From: Candidatus Multivorans sp.
Lineage (GTDB): Bacteria > Acidobacteriota > Thermoanaerobaculia > Multivoradales > Multivoraceae
DNA: 64,000 bases
Direction: 5' to 3'
NCBI GenBank assembly: GCA_965224025.1
Contig: OZ245033.1
Span: forward strand, 3,072,001-3,136,000
The position numbers were made by a program, and so were the translations under genes. The notes under the pieces were generated by a model. The model worked only from the letters and a program-made list of their open reading frames with translations. It was not told the origin of the DNA and did not search any database. This document shows, in pieces, positions 47,320 to 57,700 of the stretch. Within the stretch, counting starts at the first letter, position 1. Every line of letters begins with the position of its first letter.

Positions 47320-50300
47320 GTGTGGAGGATCAGATTGCCGACGAACCGGATCGTGGGTTCGTTTCTCCTCCCTAGCCTCGGACTTGCTGCCGGGGCCGCG
47401 GTATCTAGAGCCGCGACGGCACCGGACTTCGAGTCGGAAGTGTTGCCGGTCCTCAAGAGCCGGTGCTTCGCCTGCCACGGGCCGCTGCGGCAGCGGGGGA
47501 ACCTGCGGCTCGACTCCCGGCCGGCGATGCTTATCGGCGGCGGGCGGGGCGCGGCGGTCGTGCCTGGGGATGCCGAGGCCAGCCTGCTGGTGTCGGCGAT
47601 CCGGCGCGAGGACGAGTTGGAGATGCCGCCGCCGCGGGCGCTGGAGGACGCTGAGCGGGAGCTGCTCGAGGCCTGGATTCGGGCCGGGGCGGAGTGGCCG
47701 CTCGCGCATCAGGTGGAGGCGGCGCCGACTCAGGTTGCGGCGCGGGAGGTGCCGGCGGTGGAGCACGGCATCACCGGCCCCGGTGAACCCCTCTCCTTCA
47801 ACCGCGACGTGCGGCCGATCCTCTCGGATCACTGCTATGAGTGCCACGGGCCGGACGAGGCGGTACGGCAAGCGGGGCTGCGGCTGGACAATGGGAAGTC
47901 CGCGCATGGCGTCCTGCCGTCGGGACGACGCGCGCTGGTGCCGGGCGACCTGGACGGGAGTCAGTTGTTCCAGCGGATCGCGGCGGCTGAGGCTCTCGAC
48001 CGGATGCCGCCGCTTCATGCAGACTCGACACTGTCGGACCGCGATGTAGAGATCCTGGGCCGGTTCATCCTCCAGGGAGCGCAGTTTGAGGACCACTGGG
48101 CCTACAGGCCGCCGGTGCGCCCAAAGCCGCCTGCCGTTGCGGATGCCGATTGGCCTCTTGAGGAGATCGATCGTTTCGTCCTCGCGCGGCTGGAGAAGGA
48201 AGGCCTCGCCCCGTCGCCCGAGGCGGATCGGCGTACGCTCGTCCGGCGCCTCTCGCTCGATCTGACCGGTTTGCCGCCGACGCCGGCGGAGGTGAACGCC
48301 TTCCTCGCCGACGACCGGCCTGACGCCTACGAACGCCTGGTCGATCGGCTCCTGGCTTCCGATCGCTACGGCGAACACATGGCGCGCACCTGGCTCGATG
48401 CCGCCCGCTACGCCGACACGAACGGCTACCACATCGACAACGAGCGGTACATGTGGCGCTGGCGCGACTGGGTGATCGAAGCGTTCAACCGCAACCAGCC
48501 GTTCGACGAGTTCACGGTCGAGCAGCTTGCCGGCGACCTGCTGCCGGATCCGACGACGGAGCAGTTGCTGGCCACCGGGTTCCACCGCAACCACATGATC
48601 AATTTCGAGGGCGGCGCCGTGCCCGAGGAGTACCGGGTCCAGTACGTGTTCGACCGCACCGACACGACGGCGACGGTGTGGATGGGGCTGACCGCGGGCT
48701 GCGCCAAGTGCCACGACCACAAGTTCGATCCGGTCAGCCAGCGCGAGTACTACCGGCTCGCGGCCTTCTTCAACACGGTCGACGAGGTCGGTCTCGACGG
48801 CAGCCAGGGGAATGCGGAGCCCAAGCTGCCGGCGCCGGACCGGGGGCAGCGCGCGGTGCTGAAAGATCTCGCCACCGAACTCGAGCCGCTCGACGCGATG
48901 CTGGACGATCCGAGGCAGGACGCGGTCGCGTCTCAGGCCGCCTGGCAGGCGGAGTGGGAACGCAAGCTGCGGAAGAAGTGGCGCCCGCTCGCCCCGGTTC
49001 GGATGGAGTCCCAGGCCGGCGCCGGCATGACGCTGCTGGCGGACGGTTCGATCGAAGTATGGGGGAAGAACCCTTCCACGGATGTCTACGTGATCGAGGC
49101 GGAGACGGACCTCGACCGGATCGGCGCCGTGCGCCTGGAAGCGCTCCGGGATCGGTCGGACCCAGGCGCCGGGATCGGCCGCGGTCCGGATGGCAGTTTC
49201 GTGCTGACCTCGATCGAAATCCGAGCGGCGCCGCGCGCCGGGGCCGGACCGGCCACGGACCTGACTTTCTCCCATGCGTACGCCGACTACGCGACCGGTT
49301 CCCTGCCCGTCGATCTGGCGATCGACGGCGACCTGGAGACCGGTTGGGGAGCCGGCTACGTCACCAGGGCAACGGCGCGGACGGCCGTGTTCCGGGTCGC
49401 TCAGCCGCCGCGAGTGGACGCCGGTAAGGCCGCGGCGCCTCATCCCGGCGGCGTTCGTCTGCGCATCGTGCTGCGCCAGGAGTCGAGCTACGCACAGAAG
49501 ACCCTCCGCCGATTCCGGCTGACGGTTTCCGACGCGCCGGAACTCCGGTTCCGGGATCTCGCCACGGCTTCGATGCCTGGTCCACTACCGGCCCTCGCGG
49601 CCGCCAGCCGCGAGTTCGAGTACCTGGTCGGTCTGCCCGAGGATCAGCGCACCGAGGATCAGGCGGACGAGCTGCGGCGCCGTTTCCGCCGCGGCTACTG
49701 GCCGCCCTGGCAGCCGAACGAAGCGCGCTACGCGGAGCTCTCGGAGCGGCGTCGGAAGATCGAGGCGGAAGTGCCGACCACGATGATCATGCGCGAGATG
49801 GAGGCGCCGCGGCCCACCTTCCTGCTGCGCCGCGGCGAGTACGACCAGCAGGCCGACGAGGTCGATGCGGCCGTGCCGTCCTTCTTGCCGTCGATTCCGG
49901 AGGGGTTGCCGAAGAACCGGCTCGGCCTGGCGCGCTGGCTGGTCGGCGAGGAGCACCCGCTGACTGCGCGGGTGACCGCGAACCGGATGTGGCAGAGGTT
50001 CTTCGGCCGCGGCCTCGTGGGGACTTCCGGCGACTTCGGCTCCCAGGGGGAGTGGCCGTCCCACCCCGTGTTGCTCGACTGGCTGGCCACCGAACTGGTC
50101 CGCTTGGACTGGGACCTGAAGGCGCTCCAGAAGACGATCGTGATGTCGTCGACCTATCGCCAGAGTTCGAAGGCGAGCCCGGAGCTGGTCGAGCTGGATC
50201 CCGAGAACCGGCTGCTGGCGCGGGCGTCCCGCTTCCGGCTGGACGCCGAAGTGATCCGCGACGGCGCGCTCGCCGCCTCCGGTCTGCTGGTGGAGAAGTT

Positions 50301-50886
50301 GGGTGGCCCCAGCGTCAAGCCCTATCAGCCGCCGGGGCTGTGGCGGGAGATCGGCTACGAGAGCCGGGGCCGCTTCACCGCCGGTATCTTTGAGCAGGAC
50401 GAGGGCGACGCGCTCTACCGGCGGAGTCTCTACACGTTCTGGAAGCGGACGGTGCCGCCGCCCAACATGCTCGTGTTCGACGCGCCGAACCGGGAGACCT
50501 GCACGGTCGAGCGGTCGCGCTCGAACACGCCGCTGCAGGCGCTGGTGCTGATGAACGACCCGCAGTTCGTCGAGGCGGCGAGGGTGCTGGCGACGAGTCT
50601 GTTCGCCGGGCGGGATGCTCCAGGCAGCGTGGGCGACGACGAGCGGGTAACCGAGCTCTACCTCCGGGTGCTGGCGCGGCCGCCGAGCGAGCTGGAGCGG
50701 TCGGCGATCCGCGATCTGCTCGCCGACCTGCGACGGGGTTACGAACAGAACCCGCGCGCGGCCGCGGCCCTGCTCCGCGTGGGTGAGCAGCCCGTGGACG
50801 AGAGCATTTCGGCCGCGGAACTCGCGGCCTGGAGCGTGACGGCGAGCGCGGTACTGAACCTGGACGAGGCGGTGACAAGGCTATGA
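47320..50886 (+). CDS. planctomycete-type cytochrome c / DUF1549 / DUF1553 (PSCyt2/PSD1) protein
   Basis: CFACH, CYECH, CAKCHDHKFDP, RRLSLDLTGLPP, PLTARVTANR, YRRSLYTFWKR, NTPLQAL. Confidence 0.9.
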   Translation: MWRIRLPTNRIVGSFLLPSLGLAAGAAVSRAATAPDFESEVLPVLKSRCFACHGPLRQRGNLRLDSRPAMLIGGGRGAAVVPGDAEASLLVSAIRREDELEMPPPRALEDAERELLEAWIRAGAEWPLAHQVEAAPTQVAAREVPAVEHGITGPGEPLSFNRDVRPILSDHCYECHGPDEAVRQAGLRLDNGKSAHGVLPSGRRALVPGDLDGSQLFQRIAAAEALDRMPPLHADSTLSDRDVEILGRFILQGAQFEDHWAYRPPVRPKPPAVADADWPLEEIDRFVLARLEKEGLAPSPEADRRTLVRRLSLDLTGLPPTPAEVNAFLADDRPDAYERLVDRLLASDRYGEHMARTWLDAARYADTNGYHIDNERYMWRWRDWVIEAFNRNQPFDEFTVEQLAGDLLPDPTTEQLLATGFHRNHMINFEGGAVPEEYRVQYVFDRTDTTATVWMGLTAGCAKCHDHKFDPVSQREYYRLAAFFNTVDEVGLDGSQGNAEPKLPAPDRGQRAVLKDLATELEPLDAMLDDPRQDAVASQAAWQAEWERKLRKKWRPLAPVRMESQAGAGMTLLADGSIEVWGKNPSTDVYVIEAETDLDRIGAVRLEALRDRSDPGAGIGRGPDGSFVLTSIEIRAAPRAGAGPATDLTFSHAYADYATGSLPVDLAIDGDLETGWGAGYVTRATARTAVFRVAQPPRVDAGKAAAPHPGGVRLRIVLRQESSYAQKTLRRFRLTVSDAPELRFRDLATASMPGPLPALAAASREFEYLVGLPEDQRTEDQADELRRRFRRGYWPPWQPNEARYAELSERRRKIEAEVPTTMIMREMEAPRPTFLLRRGEYDQQADEVDAAVPSFLPSIPEGLPKNRLGLARWLVGEEHPLTARVTANRMWQRFFGRGLVGTSGDFGSQGEWPSHPVLLDWLATELVRLDWDLKALQKTIVMSSTYRQSSKASPELVELDPENRLLARASRFRLDAEVIRDGALAASGLLVEKLGGPSVKPYQPPGLWREIGYESRGRFTAGIFEQDEGDALYRRSLYTFWKRTVPPPNMLVFDAPNRETCTVERSRSNTPLQALVLMNDPQFVEAARVLATSLFAGRDAPGSVGDDERVTELYLRVLARPPSELERSAIRDLLADLRRGYEQNPRAAAALLRVGEQPVDESISAAELAAWSVTASAVLNLDEAVTRL

Positions 50887-50939
50887 GCAGGGGAGCGAGA
50901 AGATGAGCAGGGGAGCGAGAAGATGAGCAGGGGAGCGAG
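50883..50939 (+). repeat. 20-nt tandem repeat x3 at the gene junction
   Basis: atgagcaggggagcgagaag at 50883 and 50903, partial copy at 50923. Confidence 0.95.
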
Positions 50940-52440
50940 CGGTTTCGGATGTCCCACCTGCGGCCGCTCGCCTGGCGTCGATCCGCAGGCCGACTACGCG
51001 CTGGGCGTCAACCGGCGGCAGTTCTTCGGCCTGGCCAGCACCGGAATCGGCGTCGCGGCGCTCTCGTCCCTGCTCGGCCCGGCGCCGTCGTGGGCCGCTC
51101 GGACAGAGGCGTCGAAGGCGCTGGGCGCTCTCGGTGGCGTCCACTTCCCGGCCCGGGCGAAGCGGGTGATCTACCTGTTCCAATCGGGAGCGCCTTCCCA
51201 GATCGACCTCTTCGACTACAAGCCGCGGCTCGCCGAGTGGCACGGCGAGGAACTGCCGGCGTCGGTGCGGGGCGATCAGCGCGTCACCGGTATGACCGCG
51301 AACCAGGCCGAGTTTCCGATCACGGCCTCGATGTTCGGGTTCGCCCAGCACGGCGAGAGCGGCGCCTGGGTCAGCGAACTGATGCCCAACACCGCGCGCA
51401 TCGTCGACAAGCTCTGCTTCCTCAAGGCGGTGAACACGGAGGCGATCAACCACGATCCCGGCATCACCTATCTCCAGACCGGCCACCAGCAGCCGGGGCG
51501 CCCCAGTCTCGGCGCCTGGTTGAGCTACGGCATCGGCTCGGAGAACCACGACCTGCCGGCCTTCATCGTGCTCATCTCCCAGGGCAGCGCGAAGCGCGAG
51601 TCGCAGGCCCTGTTCCAGCGCCTGTGGGGCTCCGGCTTTCTTCCCTCCGAGCACCAGGGCGTGAACCTCCGGGCGGCGGAGGATCCGGTGCTCTACCTGT
51701 CCGATCCGCCGGGAATCGACCGAGGATTGCGGCGCCGGATGCTGGACGTCGTGGCCCGGCTCAACGAGGAGCACCACCAGGAGTTCGGCGACCCGGAGAT
51801 TGCGGCGCGCATCGCGCAGTACGAGATGGCGTACCGGATGCAGGCCTCGGTCCCCGAACTGGTCGACACGTCCGGCGAGCCCCAGAGCACCTTCGACCTG
51901 TACGGCGAGGATGCGCGCACTCCGGGCACCTACGCGGCCAACTGCCTGCTGGCGCGGCGGCTCGCCGAGCGGGACGTGCGCTTCATCCAGATCTACCATC
52001 GCGGCTGGGACCAGCACGGCGACCTGCCGAGCGACATCCGGCTGCAGTGCGCGGACGTGGACCGGGCCTCGGCCGCCCTGGTCGCCGACCTGGAGCAGCG
52101 CGGACTGCTTGAGGACACCCTGGTGGCGTGGGGCGGAGAGTTCGGACGCACCGTGTACTGCCAGGGGGCGCTCTCCGAGGACAACTACGGGCGGGACCAC
52201 CACGGTCGCTGCTACACGGTGTGGATGGCGGGAGCCGGCGTCGAGCCGGGCAGAACGTACGGCGAGACGGACGACCACTGCTACAACATCGTGTCGGGCG
52301 GCGTGCACATCCACGACCTGAACGCGACGATCCTGCACCAGCTCGGGATCGACCACGAACGCCTGACCTATCGCTACAGCGGTCGTGACTTCCGCCTGAC
52401 GGACGTCCACGGCCGGGTGGTGGAGGAGATACTGGTCTAA
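50923..52440 (+). CDS. DUF1501 family Tat protein
   Basis: [41 protein letters not shown]. Confidence 0.9.
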   Translation: MSRGASGFGCPTCGRSPGVDPQADYALGVNRRQFFGLASTGIGVAALSSLLGPAPSWAARTEASKALGALGGVHFPARAKRVIYLFQSGAPSQIDLFDYKPRLAEWHGEELPASVRGDQRVTGMTANQAEFPITASMFGFAQHGESGAWVSELMPNTARIVDKLCFLKAVNTEAINHDPGITYLQTGHQQPGRPSLGAWLSYGIGSENHDLPAFIVLISQGSAKRESQALFQRLWGSGFLPSEHQGVNLRAAEDPVLYLSDPPGIDRGLRRRMLDVVARLNEEHHQEFGDPEIAARIAQYEMAYRMQASVPELVDTSGEPQSTFDLYGEDARTPGTYAANCLLARRLAERDVRFIQIYHRGWDQHGDLPSDIRLQCADVDRASAALVADLEQRGLLEDTLVAWGGEFGRTVYCQGALSEDNYGRDHHGRCYTVWMAGAGVEPGRTYGETDDHCYNIVSGGVHIHDLNATILHQLGIDHERLTYRYSGRDFRLTDVHGRVVEEILV

Positions 52441-52506
52441 CGGTCCGTGCAGACGGTCCGACGTGATGCCGTGCCGGCGGCGCCCATTCTTCAGAGGAGG
52501 TAAGTC

Positions 52507-52923
52507 ATGAATTGGAGTAGGGCAGTAGTTGCCGGTCTGGCGGCCGGTTTCGTCCAGAACATCGTCAACTTCGTGCTGCACGGCCTGGTGCTCGGTGGCA
52601 CGTACGTGGATCAGCCGGCATTCGTGCTGGAACCCGACGACATGACCATGCAGATCGTGTGGTTCCTCGTGGTGGCTCTGGTGATCGGGGTCGTCGCCGG
52701 CCTGCTCTTCGCGTGCAGCCGCCAGTCCTGGCAGGCGGGCGCCAAGGGAGGACTCCACTTCGGAATCATGCTTGGCGCCGTGGTCGGCTTCCAGCAGTTC
52801 TACCTGACGCTGGTGATCAACGACTTCCCGTACCACGTCGCCTGGATGTGGCTGGGAGTCGAGATCATCTCCTTCGGCATCGGCGGCATGGTGCTGGGCG
52901 CCATGTACAAGCGCGTCGACTAG
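52507..52923 (+). CDS. small hypothetical membrane protein (about 4 TM)
   Basis: strong GAGGAGGT SD; hydrophobic helices. Confidence 0.7.
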   Translation: MNWSRAVVAGLAAGFVQNIVNFVLHGLVLGGTYVDQPAFVLEPDDMTMQIVWFLVVALVIGVVAGLLFACSRQSWQAGAKGGLHFGIMLGAVVGFQQFYLTLVINDFPYHVAWMWLGVEIISFGIGGMVLGAMYKRVD

Positions 52924-53259
52924 GTCGACCGCAGTCGGAGTCGGGACGCCGGCCGGGTGCCGATGGGAGTGCTCGCGCCTCCCTGAATGCAGGCGCTACA
53001 ATGCTCCTGTCCCGAGCATTGTTTGACGGTTTCGTCACGCCTCGCGTCAGGCGAAGGCCCGGGGCGCCTCAGCATCGGGAGCCGATCCCAGGGAGGCGTT
53101 GCCGCGATGGAAGGTCGCGGGGGAGGGACGCGCCGAACCCCGTGCCGGCCATCGGTTCATGTGTTGCGCACTCGTCGGGTGGGTGAACGAGATCTGGCCG
53201 CGCGTAGTCGACGCCTTCGCAAGAGAGGGCGGGGCCTCCACCACATCTGGAGGGAACAA

Positions 53260-54666
53260 ATGAAGCCCCAGCTCATGCCGCCTTCGTCACGACGGATCGT
53301 CCTCAAGGTGTTCCTGGCCGGCGTTGTGCTTCTGCTCGCCGCATCGGCGGCGGGAGCGCGGGAGCCCGGTGAAGCCACCTACGTCTTCAACACGTACGCG
53401 TTCCTGGTCTGGGGCGCGTTCATCATGTGGATGTGCGCCGGCTTCACGATGCTCGAGGCCGGGTCCGTGCGGACGAAGAACGCATCGGTCATCTGCCTCA
53501 AGAACATCGGGCTGTACTCGATCGCCGGGATCGCCTACTACGTCATCGGCTACAACCTGATGTACGTCGACGTCGGCGGCTGGATCGGTTCGATCACGCC
53601 CTTTTTCAAAGCGTCGGCGGACGAGATGGCGCTTCTCGGCGGCGATGCGGACAAGACCGCGGCGGTCGTAGCCAGCGGCCACTCAGAGATGTCGAGCTGG
53701 TTCTTCCAGATGACCTTCGTGGCCACGACCGCCTCCATCGTGTCGGGCGCTCTCGCGGAGCGGGTCAAGCTCTGGTCGTTCCTCATCTTCACGGCCGTCC
53801 TGACCGCGGTCATCTACCCGATCGTCGGCGCCTGGACCTGGGGCGGCGGCTGGCTGGTCGAACTCGGTTTCCAGGACTTCGCCGGCTCGACGATCGTGCA
53901 TTCCACGGGAGGCTGGGCGGCGCTGGCCGGCATCATCATGGTCGGTGCGAGGCGCAACAAGTTCCGCTCCGACGGCAGCGTCAAGGTCACGCCGCCGTCC
54001 AACGTGCCGATCGTCACGCTCGGCGTCTTCATCCTCTGGATGGGCTGGTTCGGATTCAACGGCGGCTCGCAGCTCGCGCTGGGCGGCGCCGCGGACGCGA
54101 CCGCGATGGGCAATTTGCTGATCAACACGAACCTCGGCGCCGCCGCCGGCGTCGTGGCGGCCCTGGCCTTGTCGCGGCCGCTGCTGGGCCGCGTCGACCT
54201 CCTGGCGGTCCTCAACGGCGCGCTCGGCGGGCTGGTCGGCGTCACCGCCGGTCCCCACCTCATCGGCCATCACTGGGCGCTTGTCATCGGCGCCATCGGC
54301 GGGGTGGTCACGGTCGCCGGCATGAGGCTGCTCGAGCGGATGAAGCTGGACGATGTCGTCGGCGCCGTTCCGGTCCACCTGTTCGCCGGCATCTGGGGCA
54401 CCCTGGCCGTTTGCATCGCGGCGGGGGGCAACTTCGTCGATCAGCTCATCGGCATCGTGGCGGTGGGCGTCTTCGTCTTCGGGACCTCCATGCTCCTGTG
54501 GTGGGTGCTTGAGAAGACGATCGGCGTTCGCGTTTCGCCGGAGGTCGAGGAACTCGGTCAGGACATGGCCGAACTCGGCATCGAGTCCTACCCCGAGTTC
54601 ATCCTGATGCCCGACGAGGACGACATGCAGGCCGCGAAGGCGGCGCAGGAGAGCGTGAGAGCCTAA
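53260..54666 (+). CDS. amtB: ammonium transporter
   Basis: AGFTMLEAG, FFQMTF, DFAGSTIVH, GWFGFNGGS, DDVVGAVPVH (twin His). Confidence 0.95.
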   Translation: MKPQLMPPSSRRIVLKVFLAGVVLLLAASAAGAREPGEATYVFNTYAFLVWGAFIMWMCAGFTMLEAGSVRTKNASVICLKNIGLYSIAGIAYYVIGYNLMYVDVGGWIGSITPFFKASADEMALLGGDADKTAAVVASGHSEMSSWFFQMTFVATTASIVSGALAERVKLWSFLIFTAVLTAVIYPIVGAWTWGGGWLVELGFQDFAGSTIVHSTGGWAALAGIIMVGARRNKFRSDGSVKVTPPSNVPIVTLGVFILWMGWFGFNGGSQLALGGAADATAMGNLLINTNLGAAAGVVAALALSRPLLGRVDLLAVLNGALGGLVGVTAGPHLIGHHWALVIGAIGGVVTVAGMRLLERMKLDDVVGAVPVHLFAGIWGTLAVCIAAGGNFVDQLIGIVAVGVFVFGTSMLLWWVLEKTIGVRVSPEVEELGQDMAELGIESYPEFILMPDEDDMQAAKAAQESVRA

Positions 54667-54705
54667 GCTGCGGCATAGCCGGCGTGGATCAAGAGAGCCA
54701 ACGAT

Positions 54706-54751
54706 CTATCATTTGATAGGCCCATCGGAATAGATCACAGAATACTGTGAT
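54706..54751. promoter_or_regulatory. two AT-rich palindromes upstream of the XRE-helicase gene (candidate operators)
   Basis: ctatca-tt-tgatag (54706-54719) and atcacag-aata-ctgtgat (54734-54751). Confidence 0.5.
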
Positions 54752-54764
54752 ACCGTACGTCGCC

Positions 54765-57700
54765 ATGGCGGCGCTCACTTCTCCGGATGGGTCTCCGGCT
54801 GATGTCGGCAAGGAAGTGCGGCGTCTCCGAGGTCAGCTTGGGCTGACCCAGGAACAGTTCGGGGACCGTATGGGCGTCTCTACCATCACCGTCCATCGGT
54901 GGGAGTCCGGCCAGTCGCGGCCGCGACGGCTTGCGCTTGAGAAGCTGGCGCAACTCTCCGAGCAGGCGGCGGCCGAGTCGGCGCCACGGCCAATGCGAGG
55001 GCTCCGCCGCCCAACAGCGGCCGCCGACGGCGCCTCGTTGGACTTCGCCGGTGATCTGGAGGCCGTCCTCGCAGTGGCCGACGCTCTGCGGCTGTCGTTC
55101 GGGCATCAGTTCAACCCGGCGTTCGGGATCGAGACGTCCCGCATCGATCCGCTGCTGCATCAGCGCTTCGCGGTCTATGAGCGGATGCTGAAGCAGGACC
55201 CGCTGCGGTTCCTGCTAGCCGACGACGCCGGCGCCGGCAAGACGATCATGACCGGCCTGTACGTCCGCGAGATGTTGTCGCGTGGGCGTTTGAAGCGGGT
55301 GTTGATCGTTCCGCCCGCGGGTCTCGTGGGCAACTGGCGGCGAGAGCTCCAGACCCTGTTTCGGTTGGACTTCCGGATCGTCAGCGGCGCCGACGCGAGC
55401 GGCAGCAACCCGTTCCGCGGCGCGGGAAGCGATCGCGTCATCGTCTCCGTGGACACCCTCGCAGGGGAGGCCATGTTCGAGGCTCTTCGCCGAGCGGGCG
55501 GTCCTGCCTACGACCTCGTCGTTTTCGACGAGGCTCACAAGCTGAGCGTGCGTGAACGAGGTGTCCGGGTCGAGCGGACTCTGCGCTACAAGTTGGCCGA
55601 GGCGCTGGCTCTCGGCGCCGAGTCGGGTAGTTCCTTCGGCGGCCTCGGCTGGACTGCCCGGCATCTGCTGCTGCTTACCGCTACGCCCCACATGGGCAAG
55701 AGCCTCCCCTACGCATGGCTCTGGAGGCTGCTCGATGCCGGCGCCTTCGGGGCAGTGGAAGCCGTGCGCCGTGCCCCCCGAGCCACCCGGGACAGGCACT
55801 TCCTCCGCCGCACCAAGGAGGAAATGCTCGGCCTCGACGGCGAGCCGCTCTACCCGCCGCGCAAGTGCAGCACGTTCACGTACGAACTGAGCGGAGGGGA
55901 CAACGGCGAGCAGGATCTCTACGACCGCACGACGCAGTACCTGGACGAGCACTACGGCCGCGCCCTGGACAATCAACCGGCGGTGGAACTCGCCAAGACC
56001 GTGTTTCAGAGACGCCTGGCCAGCTCGACGTGGGCTTTGCTGCGCTCCTTCGAGCGGCGGATCGAGAAGCTCGCGCAGGCCGCGGACGCGATCGAGACCG
56101 GTGAACTCACACCGGAGCTCATGCATCGCAGGCAGGCGCTGCTGAGCAAGCGCTACCGGCGCGACTACTTCGACGACGCCGCCGCGGACGAGGACGTGGC
56201 GCCTCTTGGTTGGGCCGAGGGAAACGAGGCCTACGAGGATGCGGTGCTCGGCGCGGTCACCGTGGTCGGCGTGGAGGAGCTGAGGCGGGAGGCCGGGCAG
56301 GTCGAGGCGCTGGCGGAGCGGGCGCGCCGGCTGGTCGATTCCGGAAGGGAGACCAAGTTCGAGCGCTTGCGAGAGGTCCTGGAGGAGCCCGAGCACCAGA
56401 ACGAGAAGTGGCTTATCTTCAGTGAGCACCGGGACACGGTGGACTATCTGGTGCGGCGGCTTGAGGGGCTCGGCTACCGGGGACAGACAGCGCAGATCCA
56501 TGGCGGCATGGACTGGAAAGAGCGCGACCGCCAGGTGGAGGCCTTCCGCCGTCCGAACGGCGCGCGCTACATGGTTGCCACCGATGCCGCGGGGGAAGGC
56601 ATCAACCTGCAGTTCTGCCGCCTGATGGTCAACTACGACATCCCGTGGAACCCGGCCCGGCTGGAACAGCGGATGGGCAGGATCCATCGCTACGGCCAGC
56701 AGTTCGAGGTCCGGATCGTGAACCTGGTGGCGGGCAGCACGCGCGAGGGCAGCGTGCTGCAAGTGCTTCTGGAGAAGCTAGAGGAGATTCGCGACGAACT
56801 TGCCTCCGACAAGGTGTTCGATGTCATCGGCCGCCTGTTCGAGGGCGAGTCGCTGACCAGGTTCATGGCCGACGCCGTGACGGCGGAGGGCGAGCGGATC
56901 GCGGTCGAGCGGATCGAGGAAGCACTCGGCGCCTCCAGGGTAAGGGCGATCGGCAAGCGCGACGCCGAGGTCTACGGCGTGCCGGAACGGAACGTGACCG
57001 GCGAAGACCTGCGACCGGACGTGGAGAGGGAGCGCTACCTGCAGCTCCTTCCCGCCCACGTGCGCCGGTTGGTGGAACGTGGCGCCCGCCTGCTCGACGT
57101 CGAGATTCACGGCGACCTGGACGACCGGTTTGCATTTGCGCCGGGCCGTCCCGGCGCGCTCGACCCGTTGCTGCCGGCGCTCGAGGCCTATCCGCCCGGC
57201 GCGCGCGACTGGTTGACTGTTCGGCGGCCGCTGGAAGACGACACCGGCATCTGGCTACATCCCGGCGAGCCGTTGTTCGACGCTCTGTGCACGGCGATCC
57301 AGGCGCGCTGCGGCAGCGACGCGTTGCGCGGCGCCATCTTCGTCGACCCGAGAGCGGACGAACCGTACCTCCTTCATCTCGCTGAGTTGCGGGTGGAGCG
57401 GCAGGACCTCCCCGGGGTCTCGAGCGCCTCCGTCCCTAGGAACGCGGGCGTCTCGCCCGCATCCGGGGTTTCGGGCGTCTCCGTCCCTGGGAACGCGGGC
57501 GTCTCGCCTGCATCCGGCGCGGAAGGGCCGATTCAGGCCGGTCGCCAAGTCCTGGAACGCCGGCTGGTGGCGTTGCAGCAACGGGCGGATACGCCGCCGG
57601 CTCAGTGCCCCGTCGAGCAGCTCCTGTTGCTTTCCGGCACCAAGTTGGCGCCCGGTTTGGCGCCGCTGGCGCCCCGCGCCCCTGTGCTGCGCGCGCAGGC

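Noticed and set aside
50883-50939. Possible CRISPR array
   Set aside because: The units are contiguous with no spacers, and no cas genes are in the window.
47320-52440. PSD1 + DUF1501 pair as a novel system
   Set aside because: A known, widespread gene pair in Planctomycetota, Verrucomicrobiota and Acidobacteriota.
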